A stretch of DNA of 64,000 bases from Tubulanus polymorphus (lineage: Eukaryota; Animalia; Nemertea). This document shows, piece after piece, positions 1 through 11,653 of this stretch. The notes below the pieces were generated by a model. That model was not told the origin of the DNA and ran no database searches. It was given only the letters and a program-made list of their open reading frames with translations. The stretch covers positions 17,161,807 to 17,225,806 of the forward strand of contig NC_134031.1 in NCBI RefSeq assembly GCF_964204645.1. The letters run 5' to 3'. The stretch's first letter is position 1. Each line of letters starts with the position of its first letter. The translations under genes and the position numbers were made by a program.

Positions 1-983
1 TTTCGTGTTGTTAATGTTCCTACAATAACACGAATTATCAAGGTTAAAAACTCAACGACGTAAAAAGCGACTATAAACCCAGCTGAGTTACCCCCTTTGA
101 CCTATCTGAAGATAATGTAATGACGTTGTAAACATTGAGTAAAGGCACAGCGGGCAAGATACAAATCAAGATTCAGTGTAATTGTATCATTAAATGATTT
201 GTATAAAACCATTAGTGAAAAATAGCTTTTTCAGTGGAGCGTTAAATAAGTAATTTGCTTTAGAAATATTCTCGAACATCGAAAAGAATATTTTGAAATG
301 ACGATTTGCAAAAAAAAATCAATTGGTGCATCAAATAGTAGAATTGTCATTTTTGGTCATTTGATGAATTTGCGATTTCTCAGAATATGCAAAAAAGAAT
401 ATATGTTTTGTAACAGAATGGTTGTTTTCATCGAAATTCCCCGGAATTACTGAAACGTTTCGAGTACGGTAGTTCACGGCAGGCGGCGGCGGGTGGCACG
501 CGTTTCTGAAGCGTTAAAACGAGCATGATTCGATTCTATAAAACTATTAATCTTTGTCAAATATTCATTCGACGATAAACTAATAAACAATGTAATATAT
601 TACATTAGAATATGGATGCCAATATGGCGGGTTCATAATTCACTACTACGTATATGTACATATAGACTCAACTGAGTTCATAAACCTGTTTGCAATTATA
701 AGGGATTGGTTTTTAGTATAGTAGTTGGTATAAACAACACGATCGAAATTGTTTGAAAAAATTGGTAGAATATATTCATTCAATTGATATCGTAGTTTAA
801 TTTATGTACAGGCTAGGTTGGTGTAAGGCTATGTACAGTTATCACAGATTTGCTAGTTTCTAATCCGGTTAAGTGACAATAAAAATAATAATGTAGTAGT
901 CTATTTCTAATGCACAAACAAATACTTTTCAATCATTGAAATATGAAATTGATCCAGGAATGATTAAGACAAAATCAATTGTG

Positions 984-3900
984 TCAATCGTGAGGGGGCG
1001 AAGACGAATAGATTCCGTTTGAAACAGGTGGATGTTGACCTTTGATGGGACCTTTTTGTACGCTGTTACGTCGTTTAAAACGCAACAGTTTACGAAACTC
1101 GGAGAAGACCGTGTCCTGGTGATGTATCGTTTTGAAAACGTCCAAACACTTCTGACGAAGTCCCTCGTCGTCGGACTGATAATCCTCCTCCTCGAACAGT
1201 CGTGACATCATTTGCTCGAATTCGACAGGTTCGTCGACTGTGCGGGCAGTATCTTCGCCGTCGGTGGTGTCGTAACGAGGTTTACTGGTAGAACCGGCGG
1301 CGTTGTAGCGAGGAGTTGTACCGTCCGATAGATACCCGCCCTCCTCAGTCGCAGTGTCTTCTAAATCGCCGAAATGATCGCTAGATCGAAACACGTCGCT
1401 ATACGTCGAGTTTAATCGATCGGGTCGTATAGATCCGTTGAAACCGGAATCGAAACTGCTCGTACTTTCCAACTGACCGCTTTTCATCATTCTAGGTGAT
1501 AAAAACTCGGATTCACTGAATGTCCTATCATTAGCAGTAGGCTGAGATAATGAGGCGCGAAGCTTCGGCGCAGTTGAGCTCTGGTAAGGCTGGAACGAAG
1601 CCGCGGAACGCGGAGTCAAAGGCGGAACTCGTTTCACTGCTGTAGGTGCAACTGACGTCAGCGTCAACGGTGATGGCAGTTTCTCCGGCTTATCATCGGG
1701 CGTATCAAACTCCAACGGAGATCTATAACTTCGGAACGGAGATGGAGGCTTAGTGTCTGATAACTTAGCTTCTGCTCTGCCGGCAGGCGAAGGCCTTCGT
1801 TCGGATTTCGACGATGGAGGCGTCATCCTGGAAATAAATTGTGCATCGTCAGTTCTCCCTGTATCGATATTTACGTCCGTGCTAGATGATAACCAAAGCG
1901 GTGGTATTAAAAGCGGTGAAGATCGGTTCGATGACGTTTTACGATTACCAGGTTCGTTTGATATCCGCGATTGCGGCGAAGTTTCCGGATTTCGTTGTCG
2001 CTGCTGCTGTTGATGTTGCTGTCTCTCGCGGGCGTCTTTCTCGTCGCGTGATACGTACGATTTGAAGACCGCAGCCGTCGCGGCTGGTGCGGATGATTTT
2101 CTACTAACGCTACTATTATTTCTTCTATCAACTGTCGGTGACGCAGAAGAAGTTTTAAGCGAGTGTTCAGGTGCTGATATACGTCTATAAGGTGCTACAT
2201 AATAATCTACATCTACTGACAGCCCACCGGAGGATGATGGTGCTACTGAGTTACCATCCTCCTCCAGTGGGCCTTGCAAGTTTTTTGAATGTGTTTCGTT
2301 TGATACTTGCGTTTTTAATGGCGACGACTGTTCCGCCGTCGCCATTTCCTGCACTTGATGTTTCGTTTTTAAAATCCAATCTTCCCCGGTGAATTTTGCA
2401 ATACGTTTTTTCGACTTCGACTCGGCGATGTCTAACTGGTCGATATCGTCTGCTAGAGTATCGAACGCATTTTCGAATCCCTCGTGTTTAACGGGCAAAC
2501 TTGTTTTCGCGCTAGGTGATGGACTTAGCACTTTCGATCCGTACGTAGATGCACCGACGTCAGGCCGGTATTCGTCGGCCGATGATCTTTTAGCTCTGTT
2601 CTCCGTTTCACCGCGGCTATTTCTCTGATCACGAGCGTTCACCGGACCCGAAGTTGGATGCGCCTCTTGTCTGTGGTTTCTCAGTTTGGACACGTCTGGT
2701 TGTTGATTGGGTGTCATTTTGCGGAGACCGCGGAATACAGGCGGAGACGCCCTCGCTTCGGGAGATTGTAGTTGAGCGACCTCCCTCAGTTCCAAAGAGG
2801 ATCGATTACTACTACCGCCATCCCCAGAACCGCTGCTTGTCTTTCTACCTGTAACCGAACGAATGAATTCACTATCGTCGAATTCACTATAGTCCGGTTG
2901 AGGTGGACGTGAATGCATTCCATTGCGCCGCGTTCTCATTTGCGGCGACGACGTCATCACATCGGAGCTGGCATCGCTGATCGAAGACTCGTTGCTCCTC
3001 GGTTTAGATTTAGACATGTTCGTGTCCGGAAACACGAACACCCTTGACTCGTCGGACGTGGCCGATAGTGATTCGTCGTGGCTGTCCAAACTCTGATTAC
3101 TACCGCGTATAAATCCCGCGTGTCCTCTGTGCATACATCCCAGACCTTCGATAGACTCGCCGCGTAATGCCTTCTGAAACTGTAACCCGTCTAGTTGATC
3201 TATCACGTTACTGTGAGACCTTTCAATCGGCGTGCACGTTTCTACATCAGGCGGCGGTGCTAGTTGTCTTTTCGTTTTGCCGTAAAACTGTTTGTAAAAA
3301 TCGACGGTACTCGTTTTGCGGGTTGTTCTCGGCGATCTCGGTGGCCCTTCGGCGACGGATATCGCCCTCCTGGCAGGCGACATGGGAACATCATCCGGAG
3401 ATTTCGGGTACTCACCTCCGCTGATTTTACGCATGATGTGGAACGATTTCGCTCGTATTTTCGGAGAATTTGGCAAACTTCTCGTCATTAATGGCGACGA
3501 CGATACCATATAACCGGCGTTCTGTGAAAACTCGTTAATCTCCTTATCGATAAGCGCTTCATTTTCATCCGTATACGGTAAAATCCCGATCGGTTGGAAT
3601 ACCTGACTGGAGGTACTAGCGGATCGGCCGTTTGCATCTTCAGCATCGACTACTATCACTTCCATATATTTCAGCTGTTCGCCATCTTTAAGGTCTATAC
3701 CGATCGCATGCGGGTCGATGTTAGCCAAATCTTCCGGTTCGCTGAAAATGATTTCCGCTTTGCTCTTGCCACGTGGGTCGACGTCGACAGTTTCGTGGTG
3801 TAGTTTCTCAGCTCTGCCGTCGAAATTGCTCATTTTCGTCTTAATCGTCGGAGTTGGCCTCTCTTCGTTAACGAAAACATCGTCGTCACCGCCGCATTGC

Positions 3901-5402
3901 GCAGACGACGAACCGACGAAGTTTCCGCCACCGCTGTGGATCATATCCCCAACTGTTTCCATAACTGACGGATTTCTCAATTTCTGAACGTTTGGTTCAT
4001 CGTTGTGCTTAATAAAATGTTCTAACGTCTCCCGAAACGAAGGCGATCTACCACGACTTTCCAGTTCGCCTTCTTGTGACCGTTGTGTTTGACTAGGTTT
4101 CAGTAATCCGCCCGTTAAATTTGAATTACCGTCGTACGGCGGTACGTCATTCTTTGATTTATCAAGTGGATCACGATTCGAAGTACTGGACTGTGTAATC
4201 GTTGACCCGTCCGGTAAGTTAATCGGACCTCCATTTTGTGAATGAACCACGTTAACAACAGCTGAACGTATTAAACCTGTATCATCCCCGTCTGAGAATA
4301 CGCTATCAGTGGCGACGTCTTCACTATCATGTCGCTGTGGTAACGACCTGCGACGACCGGGCGACGGTAAATTCTGCTTGAGAAACGATTTCAACTTGTA
4401 CAACATGATGAACGTATCGAGGTGTTCTCTTTTTGTTTCGTCATCTATGCTATCTTCTGACTCGCTGCTTGCTCCGTGCATCAGTATTGATGTATGCGTA
4501 TTCGTGAATGACGGCCTTCGAGATAAACTAGTTGAACTATGATAATGTTGCCCATCGGAAATAGACGCGCGGCGCCTGTCTTTGTGGTGTCTGCTTTCTC
4601 CAGAGTCTTCTCTCTCTAATGCCTGTTTTAGTTTTTGCGCTCGGTTTTTCCTGATCTGTGACTGTGACCTTTGCACTTTCGTTTTCCGTTCACTCGAGTG
4701 TTGCGAGTCTTCCAAGTTTGGCGTTTGGCAACCGTCGCTTTCTTCGACTAACGTATCTGAATGTCCGCGGTCAGTATGGCTTTCGTGAATACCGGAGTCG
4801 TAACCACTCAAACAATCGAAACGTTTTTTGTGATAGTCATTTTGAGAATTTTCTGCTTCCGATCTAACTGACAAGTCTGATATTTGCCCAAGGTCGTCGT
4901 CGTAATGCCCACCAGACGATCGCGACTGGTGTACACCTCCAACAGCACCAGCTGATGTGGCACCACTGTCACGCGAAGCTTGGCCATGGAACGTTTCATC
5001 ATTTTCTTCAACTTCAGTATCCTCATCATCATGGCCACCCTCGTCATCATCATCATCATTCCGATGAGTTTTAGCCGGAGTTACGGTTGTTTTCTGTTTA
5101 CCATTCTTCACGTTAATCGTGAATTTCAGATCAATGGTGACTTTCTCATCGTCGCTCTTCTTCGCTTTCTTTTTCGTGTCGTCTCGCGGCTGATTGTTCA
5201 CTTTCGGTACTGTTTTGTTGCCGTTGACCTTGACGTTGATGTCCATTTTCATTTTGCCTTTCTGGTTACCGGATGCAGCGTTCACTTCTGCCGAGTAATT
5301 CCCAGTCGACCGATCTAGGTTGACTTTGCTCGGAGTGACACGCTGGTACTCATCCTTGTTCATACCAGCAGATGCGTTTCTATTGTGGCCACCTTCCGCC
5401 AT
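984..5402 (-). CDS. Uncharacterised 1472-aa, largely disordered Ser/Pro/Arg/Asp-rich protein; single coding exon
   Basis: Uninterrupted 4.4-kb ORF, GC-richer than its flanks, with a good start context (AAAATGG). A splice acceptor (ttttAG) lies 30 nt upstream, with the exon starting at 5432, and an in-frame TGA precedes the ATG, so 5402 is the start. No recognisable globular domain. Confidence 0.85.
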   Translation of the reverse strand: MAEGGHNRNASAGMNKDEYQRVTPSKVNLDRSTGNYSAEVNAASGNQKGKMKMDINVKVNGNKTVPKVNNQPRDDTKKKAKKSDDEKVTIDLKFTINVKNGKQKTTVTPAKTHRNDDDDDEGGHDDEDTEVEENDETFHGQASRDSGATSAGAVGGVHQSRSSGGHYDDDLGQISDLSVRSEAENSQNDYHKKRFDCLSGYDSGIHESHTDRGHSDTLVEESDGCQTPNLEDSQHSSERKTKVQRSQSQIRKNRAQKLKQALEREDSGESRHHKDRRRASISDGQHYHSSTSLSRRPSFTNTHTSILMHGASSESEDSIDDETKREHLDTFIMLYKLKSFLKQNLPSPGRRRSLPQRHDSEDVATDSVFSDGDDTGLIRSAVVNVVHSQNGGPINLPDGSTITQSSTSNRDPLDKSKNDVPPYDGNSNLTGGLLKPSQTQRSQEGELESRGRSPSFRETLEHFIKHNDEPNVQKLRNPSVMETVGDMIHSGGGNFVGSSSAQCGGDDDVFVNEERPTPTIKTKMSNFDGRAEKLHHETVDVDPRGKSKAEIIFSEPEDLANIDPHAIGIDLKDGEQLKYMEVIVVDAEDANGRSASTSSQVFQPIGILPYTDENEALIDKEINEFSQNAGYMVSSSPLMTRSLPNSPKIRAKSFHIMRKISGGEYPKSPDDVPMSPARRAISVAEGPPRSPRTTRKTSTVDFYKQFYGKTKRQLAPPPDVETCTPIERSHSNVIDQLDGLQFQKALRGESIEGLGCMHRGHAGFIRGSNQSLDSHDESLSATSDESRVFVFPDTNMSKSKPRSNESSISDASSDVMTSSPQMRTRRNGMHSRPPQPDYSEFDDSEFIRSVTGRKTSSGSGDGGSSNRSSLELREVAQLQSPEARASPPVFRGLRKMTPNQQPDVSKLRNHRQEAHPTSGPVNARDQRNSRGETENRAKRSSADEYRPDVGASTYGSKVLSPSPSAKTSLPVKHEGFENAFDTLADDIDQLDIAESKSKKRIAKFTGEDWILKTKHQVQEMATAEQSSPLKTQVSNETHSKNLQGPLEEDGNSVAPSSSGGLSVDVDYYVAPYRRISAPEHSLKTSSASPTVDRRNNSSVSRKSSAPAATAAVFKSYVSRDEKDARERQQHQQQQRQRNPETSPQSRISNEPGNRKTSSNRSSPLLIPPLWLSSSTDVNIDTGRTDDAQFISRMTPPSSKSERRPSPAGRAEAKLSDTKPPSPFRSYRSPLEFDTPDDKPEKLPSPLTLTSVAPTAVKRVPPLTPRSAASFQPYQSSTAPKLRASLSQPTANDRTFSESEFLSPRMMKSGQLESTSSFDSGFNGSIRPDRLNSTYSDVFRSSDHFGDLEDTATEEGGYLSDGTTPRYNAAGSTSKPRYDTTDGEDTARTVDEPVEFEQMMSRLFEEEDYQSDDEGLRQKCLDVFKTIHHQDTVFSEFRKLLRFKRRNSVQKGPIKGQHPPVSNGIYSSSPPHD

Positions 5403-6323
5403 TTTGTACCAGTTTATGGATGATCACCACATCTAAAACGACCAAAAAAAACAAACATTCACTGGTGACCAGAATTCGGTGAGATTGATTTGGATATTAT
5501 CAACTTGACCTCGATTCCCAAAATGTTGATGGCCTAATGAACCATTGGCTGAATAGTTTTTTTTTATTTTGAAGTCGCGCATAATTTCGTTCTTGGGAAA
5601 TTAATCGTTTTAGATCGTATGTCTGCATATTTCCCAGTACACACAGCGGGTATTGTATGTCTGTGCGAAATGAACTACAAAGCCTTTCTTTCTGTGCAAT
5701 AAAAAACCGCTGTTAAATATCGCACTGAAATAGATACGTTAAACTGTAAACTATATGGAAAGGACCGGTCTTGCTTTTGTTAACTATTTGACAAAAACAC
5801 TGTCGCTTGATACTTAATGTTTATAGGAATGGCATATATTTCCCATTGTATAATTTTGGTAATTGAAAAGACGGCATTATCTTCAGCATAAATCCAAAAA
5901 TGTTTGAAGGCTGATCATAATTCGAATTATTTATATTTACGTCACTGAAAAGAATAATTTTACCTACGCGAAGTCAAACGTATCGTGAGCATAACAAACG
6001 CAATCGAGTCGCCGAATAATCTATCAAAGTCACAATCTCACTACAGCCATTGGAGAGACCGAATCGTGACATACCGACGCAAAAAAACTACTTTGCCATT
6101 ATTTACTGCGCTATAAAGTATCTTAATGTGCAGGTTTTATATTCGATTCTCACAAGAAGGAATTTATTTTCCGGTAGTTACAATATGCGAATAATTCGGA
6201 AAAAATATAACATTAACGCGCACGACTTTTTTAACCCCATTTATTTTAGTCGTTAAAAGTAGATTTACTTTTTGTCTGCTTCGATCTGGCGTTGATTTCT
6301 TTATTGTAACGATTAGCCTTTTT

Positions 6324-6710
6324 AATTATTTCAAATGTTTAGGTTTCTGATTTTTATCAAATTTGAATTCATCCTCACTGTGTTGATTTAACTCTAATAT
6401 AATTACATACCTTTCTCCAGACTCGAAGGATAATTTGATAGGCAAACATGTGACCCATTTTCGTATAGTTTCCCTTGGGAGAATAATCAAAATCAAATTA
6501 CTTAAATGATTGACCTTTCAAATTATTTCAAATTTTTAGGCGTGGGAATATCATCAAATTTGAATGCATCCTCACTTCTTTTTCACTGTCTTAATTTAAC
6601 TCTAATCGGTTTATTTTCATACCTTTCAATAGACTAGAAGGATAATTTGATCGACAAAAAATGTGACCTATTTGTTTATAGATTCACCTGAGTGAATAAT
6701 TAATTCGACT
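6324..6710. repeat. Diverged tandem duplication (2 x ~197 bp) in the 5' intron/UTR of the 1472-aa gene
   Basis: 6324-6520 aligns with 6521-6710 (atcaaatttgaat..catcctcact; catacctttc; agact.gaaggataatttgat; atgtgacc). Confidence 0.8.
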
Positions 6711-7084
6711 CTGAGAAAACATGTGGTTTTTAACCTATGAATATAACCGTTGGGTATACGCGAAATTACAACTCAACCGCAAACGTAGTAATAAGTATAA
6801 CCACAACAGTTACTTAACAGTTTTATATGACCACAAAATGGACTCACAGCGAGGGAAATAAAGTCTTGAACACGTATTGAGTGTTAATCAAGTAGGTTAT
6901 TATCCGGACGCCCGTTAATGATGTCATATCATGTTATTACGTAAGTCAAATATATATGGGAAACAATTTAACGACAATTTGGAAGCCCATAGTCACAGTA
7001 CTTAACTATTACGATCATAATACCTTATTCAGCCTGAAATCCATAGAAAATATGATCATCGGCTTCACGCGAAAACGGAGAAAA

Positions 7085-7200
7085 CTAAAACAGTTTAACA
7101 AATAGGTTTTGGGATTAGATTTGAAAATATCAATCGATGGACAAGCTTTCATGAGTACGGTATTCCAGAGTACAGGGGAGTATAGAAGGCTTTATTTGTG
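7085..7200 (-). mobile_element. Degenerate L2/CR1-type LINE 3' end
   Basis: The minus strand translates to LYSPVLWNTVLMKACPSIDIFKSNPKTYLL, resembling the 'PxLWNxLP...FKxxLKTYLF' C-terminus of L2/CR1-group ORF2. Confidence 0.55.
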
Positions 7201-9654
7201 GCTGAGACGGCTGAGGGGGATGGCTGCAAGAAAGACACGGGACAGTTGAAATGAAATTGTTTAAAGAACGAAAATAATGTTGTTTACAAACAAACGTTGA
7301 CGTCTTTCAAACATTTGTCACCATAAGCCTCTGACAATGAAGAATTTAAATGAATGATTTTACAGCTTTACTGTCGCGACTCTTATTGCACGTAACTTAC
7401 AAGATTTATGTCTTACAAAAATATAAAATCTAGAAACTTAAAAACGACCGTATATTAAGAATTTAATGACACGAGAAACGTTCAGTACTCACTGTAACCG
7501 ATGGTTTAGCCGGGTAAAGGAATCATGATTCCAACGAGCAGGTTGACAACCGTTACACCAACTGCAGCGAGTGTATTTAATTCACAGATAGAGACGAAAA
7601 TTAGGTTTTTCTATTCAACGCTGAATTTTCTCCTGAAAGCGTCTTTCAGTTTAACAAACGTCAAATACCTCGCGTCAGAAACTTGATTATTGCTTTGTTG
7701 CACTATTGAAACTCGTTAATAAACTATATCGTCGCTGAATGGGCGGCCTGAAAAGCTCATAGTTTTCAGCCTGGTCTATCAACAATCAAAGCCCAGTAAT
7801 CTTGGCACCATGTTTAATGCAGATTATTCGGTGTGCATTGTTTAGAGATAATTAATCGCAATCTAAAGGGTTTCTAGACGTAGCGTTAAGCGATCCAGCT
7901 TGGTTTCGGATCATAGATGATACATGTATACATATTCAATCGGCACGAAATTAACTTTTTAACCACTAAGAAATATAGAATAATGCACTACAAACAATGC
8001 CCGAAGCCAAAAAATATAACAATGACATGTTTTGATGGAAATGGCCTTTATCACTGCTACTGATAATTGACATTTTATTGAGTAAATTAGAAGTATCAGT
8101 GAACGGGCAACGATAAATCTATCTATAGAAAACCTGGGAAAACTGAAATATATATATTTTCTATAGGAACATCGGCTTTACATTTCGAAAGTTCATCAGT
8201 TTTCTGTCTAACTCGTCCTGTGAAAATGACCCCCCCCCCCCCCAGTTCTACACACCGTTCTTGGTAATCAAAGTGACGTTTCTCTGAGGAACTGCGACCA
8301 CATTAAACGCCAAAAAAACCTGACGGCGGCCATTTCTAATACTATAGGCCTTACACGCTTCATATTTAAGTTAACACTCTACCGATCAACCCAGGAAAAA
8401 AATCCATTTAAATACCAATTAACTGTTGATTCTTGACGAAAAACCGTAGGATATAATTTAGCGCAAGACTACTCATTTGTAACTAAAGCCACCTACCTAT
8501 TTTTATTCAAAAACGGTGTTGTTTTGGGTATCGCGGATATGAAGCTAAACGCAGGTGACGCATGCAGGTTATAAGAAGTCTCCGGTCTCCTATATAGTAT
8601 CTTTTGATTTTGGGTCGGTCATTAGATTTTCGAATTGGCACGAACCAACTCTAATAGATTGTATTTCGTTATTAGCATAAGTTCGACGTTTGTGTGTTCT
8701 TCTTCCAACATTTTCAGCAGTGTTTGTCAAATATTGGCTTAAGGCCAGGCCCTTTTATTTTACAGTATGTCCCTATAATATGTTGACTATCCAAGCTGAA
8801 AATCGTTTGAGAAGACAGTACAAGCCATTCTTTCATGTAATTTACTACCAAGTGGAATATTTAGAATGGCATTTTTTCGTGTCGTATCTAAAGATGCGTT
8901 TTGCGTTTAATGTTCACCGAAAATATTCACCCAGGTCGGAATATTATCGCTGTCACGAATATTCAGAATACGAAACGACAGACCAGACTCACGAAGGCGT
9001 ACCGGACAAAACAAACCAAAACAATGAATTTATAGAAAATAATTGAAACGAAGGACGTTATTTATGATAACATTAGAATATACATTTGATTCAGTTCTTT
9101 AATGAATTACACACCAACAAGTCAACACAGTGGTTCATATCTAAATCCCATTTGCTGTAGTGCCAATGCCAAATCATTCGCCTCGCTCAATTTACATACG
9201 TTTCCTACATCAACGATATTTTCAACGCGCCCGTTCGAATTACAATATACATGAAAAAAACTCATCTTAACCGAAATATATGAAAGTTATAGAAGACGAA
9301 TGCGGACATATCACGGGAATTTACAACAACAAAAAATCATTGAACAAAAGAGATTAAATCATGATCGATTCTTACACCGTCGGACAAAGTACGTACGAAA
9401 ATGTATGCACTGAATTCTGCGACATTTCAATCCAAAAGCGAATACCACGAACATCAATAAGAGATTCCATCACACAATTTCAAACACATTCCACTCACAC
9501 AAGGTTCTCTCACAATATATAAAAAAGCGTTCAATTTCATAACCTGTTAACCTCGCCTCCTGACAATGATATCTTCCCGCAACATATTCCAAACGTTCGT
9601 TCGTCCTGGTATATGTTTGTTGGTGACCCCGGTCTTTGTACGCGGTTAAACATA

Positions 9655-10880
9655 GATCCACATTCACACATTCGACCCTGAGCTGGGCAGCGCCCAGAAT
9701 CCAAATACACTCACTGGACCGCGCCCAGGAACCACATACATACACCCTGACCCACATTCACATATTTGGATCCTGAGCTGGGCAGTGCCCAGGATCCACA
9801 TACCGAACTGAATCCTGAGCTGGGCAGCGCCCAGGATTAACATTCTTACACTGGATCCTGAGCTGGGCAGTGCCCAGAATCCACATTCACAAAATCCACA
9901 TACAAAAATCCACATACAGAACTGAATCCTGAGCTAGGCAGTGCCCAAGATTCACATTCATACGCTGAATCCTGGGCTGGACAGTGCCCAGGATTAATAT
10001 TCATACACTGGATCCTGAGCTTGGCAGTGCCTAGAATCCACATTCACAAAATCCACATACAAAAATCCACATACAGAACTGAATCCTGAGCTGGGCAGTG
10101 CCAAGGATTAACATTCATACACTGGATCCTGAGCTGGGCAGTGCCCAGAATCCACATTCACAAAATCCACATACAGAACTGAATCCTGAGCTGGGCAGTG
10201 CCCAGGACTCACATTCATTCGTTGGATCCTGAGCTGAGCAGTGCCCAGGATTCACATTCATACACCGAATCCTGAGCTGGGCAGTGCCCAGAATCCACAT
10301 TCACAAAATCCACATACCGAACTGAATCCTGAGCTGGGCAGTGCCCAGGATTCAGATTCATACACCGAATCCTGAGCTAGGCAGTGCCCAAGATTCACAT
10401 TCATACGCTGAATCCTGAGCTGGGCAGTGCCCAGGATTAGCATTCATACACTGGATCCTGAGCTGGGCAGTGCCCAGAATCCACATTCACAAAATCCATA
10501 TACAAAAATCCAAATACAGAACTGAATCCTGAGCTAGGCAGTGCCCAGGACCCACATTCATACGCTGAATCCTAAGCTGGGCAGTGCCCAGGATTAACAT
10601 TCATACACTGGATCCTGAGCTGGGCAGTGCCCAGAATCCACATTCACAAAATCCACATACAAAAATCCAAATACAGAACTAAATCCTGAGCTGGGCAGTG
10701 CCCAGGATTCACATTTATACATCCTGAGCTGGGTAGTGCCAAAGATCCACATACCGAACTGAATTCTGAGCTGGGCCCAGAATCCACATTCACACACTGG
10801 TTCCTGAGCTGCAGTACCCAGAATCCACATTCATTCACTCGACCCTGAGCTGGGCAATGCCCAGAATCCACATCCACACA
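9655..10880. repeat. Palindromic-core minisatellite, ~24 units, period 43 bp with 57- and 71-bp variants
   Basis: The core ATCCTGAGCTGGGCAGTGCCCAG(G/A)AT recurs at about 9677, 9771, 9813, 9856, 9927, 9970, 10013, 10084 and onward to 10844. Spacings are 43/57/71 bp because of 0-2 extra copies of a 14-bp subunit (AAAATCCACATACA-like). Confidence 0.95.
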
Positions 10881-11653
10881 CTAGATTTTGAATTAAAGTG
10901 TTTGTCGTTGTTTTTACACATTCTAACAGTTAATTTGTCCAGACATGGCGAACAGACCGGGGCCACTACGAACAGAACATTCACGTCATCAAAAATCCTA
11001 AAACAGACTGACATGTAAGATATACCATTCCTCAGTTTCATCAGTAGAAAATCGAATTGAGGCCCCAATTCGACTCTACAGAAACTGGTTACATTCTAAA
11101 CTTGTTTCCCTCCGCTCTAATAACGAGTCCAAAGAGAGAATTCACATCCATTTAACAGGTTGACATTTCCGTTCGCTTTCACGCTCATCTCCGCCGCTCT
11201 TTCTGTCGCGCAACTCGACGGCTCAACTCACTCGTAGTCATACTGCACAAAATCATCCAGCAATCATTACAATCCTATTGCTCAACTCACGCAGGCCCTC
11301 GTGGGTTTGGAGTCCAGATTTGTAAATCAAGCTGGAAATATCTTTCACCGTTCGCGGTTTACCGTTTACTGTTCGCTGTTCACTTTTCACCGTTCTTCTC
11401 GTACGTAATACTAAAAGGTCTCACTATTTCGGCAAATCTCAGGTTGGAGATTCGATTGAATTAAAGTGTAGAATTCTGTAAAGATCTGATTGGACGTTCA
11501 TTTGATGAGTAGATAATGATTGAATGATGATAAAATGAAGGATTGTGACTTGTTGGTGTGATCGTTGATTGAAAATAGAATGGGAAATTTTGATTAGTTT
11601 TGCGCTTAATCTATTTTCTAAGATCTAACAAGTCTCGAAACTTACATAGCGAT

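Noticed and set aside
8690-9046. 118-aa plus-strand ORF
   Set aside because: It has a non-ATG start and AT-rich random-like composition, with no splice or domain support.
9655-10880. CRISPR array interpretation, and the Cys-rich ORFs (CECGFWALPSSG) listed over the repeat
   Set aside because: The linkers are related to each other rather than unique, there are no cas genes and the context is eukaryotic. A 43-bp period breaks reading frames, so the ORFs are repeat artefacts.
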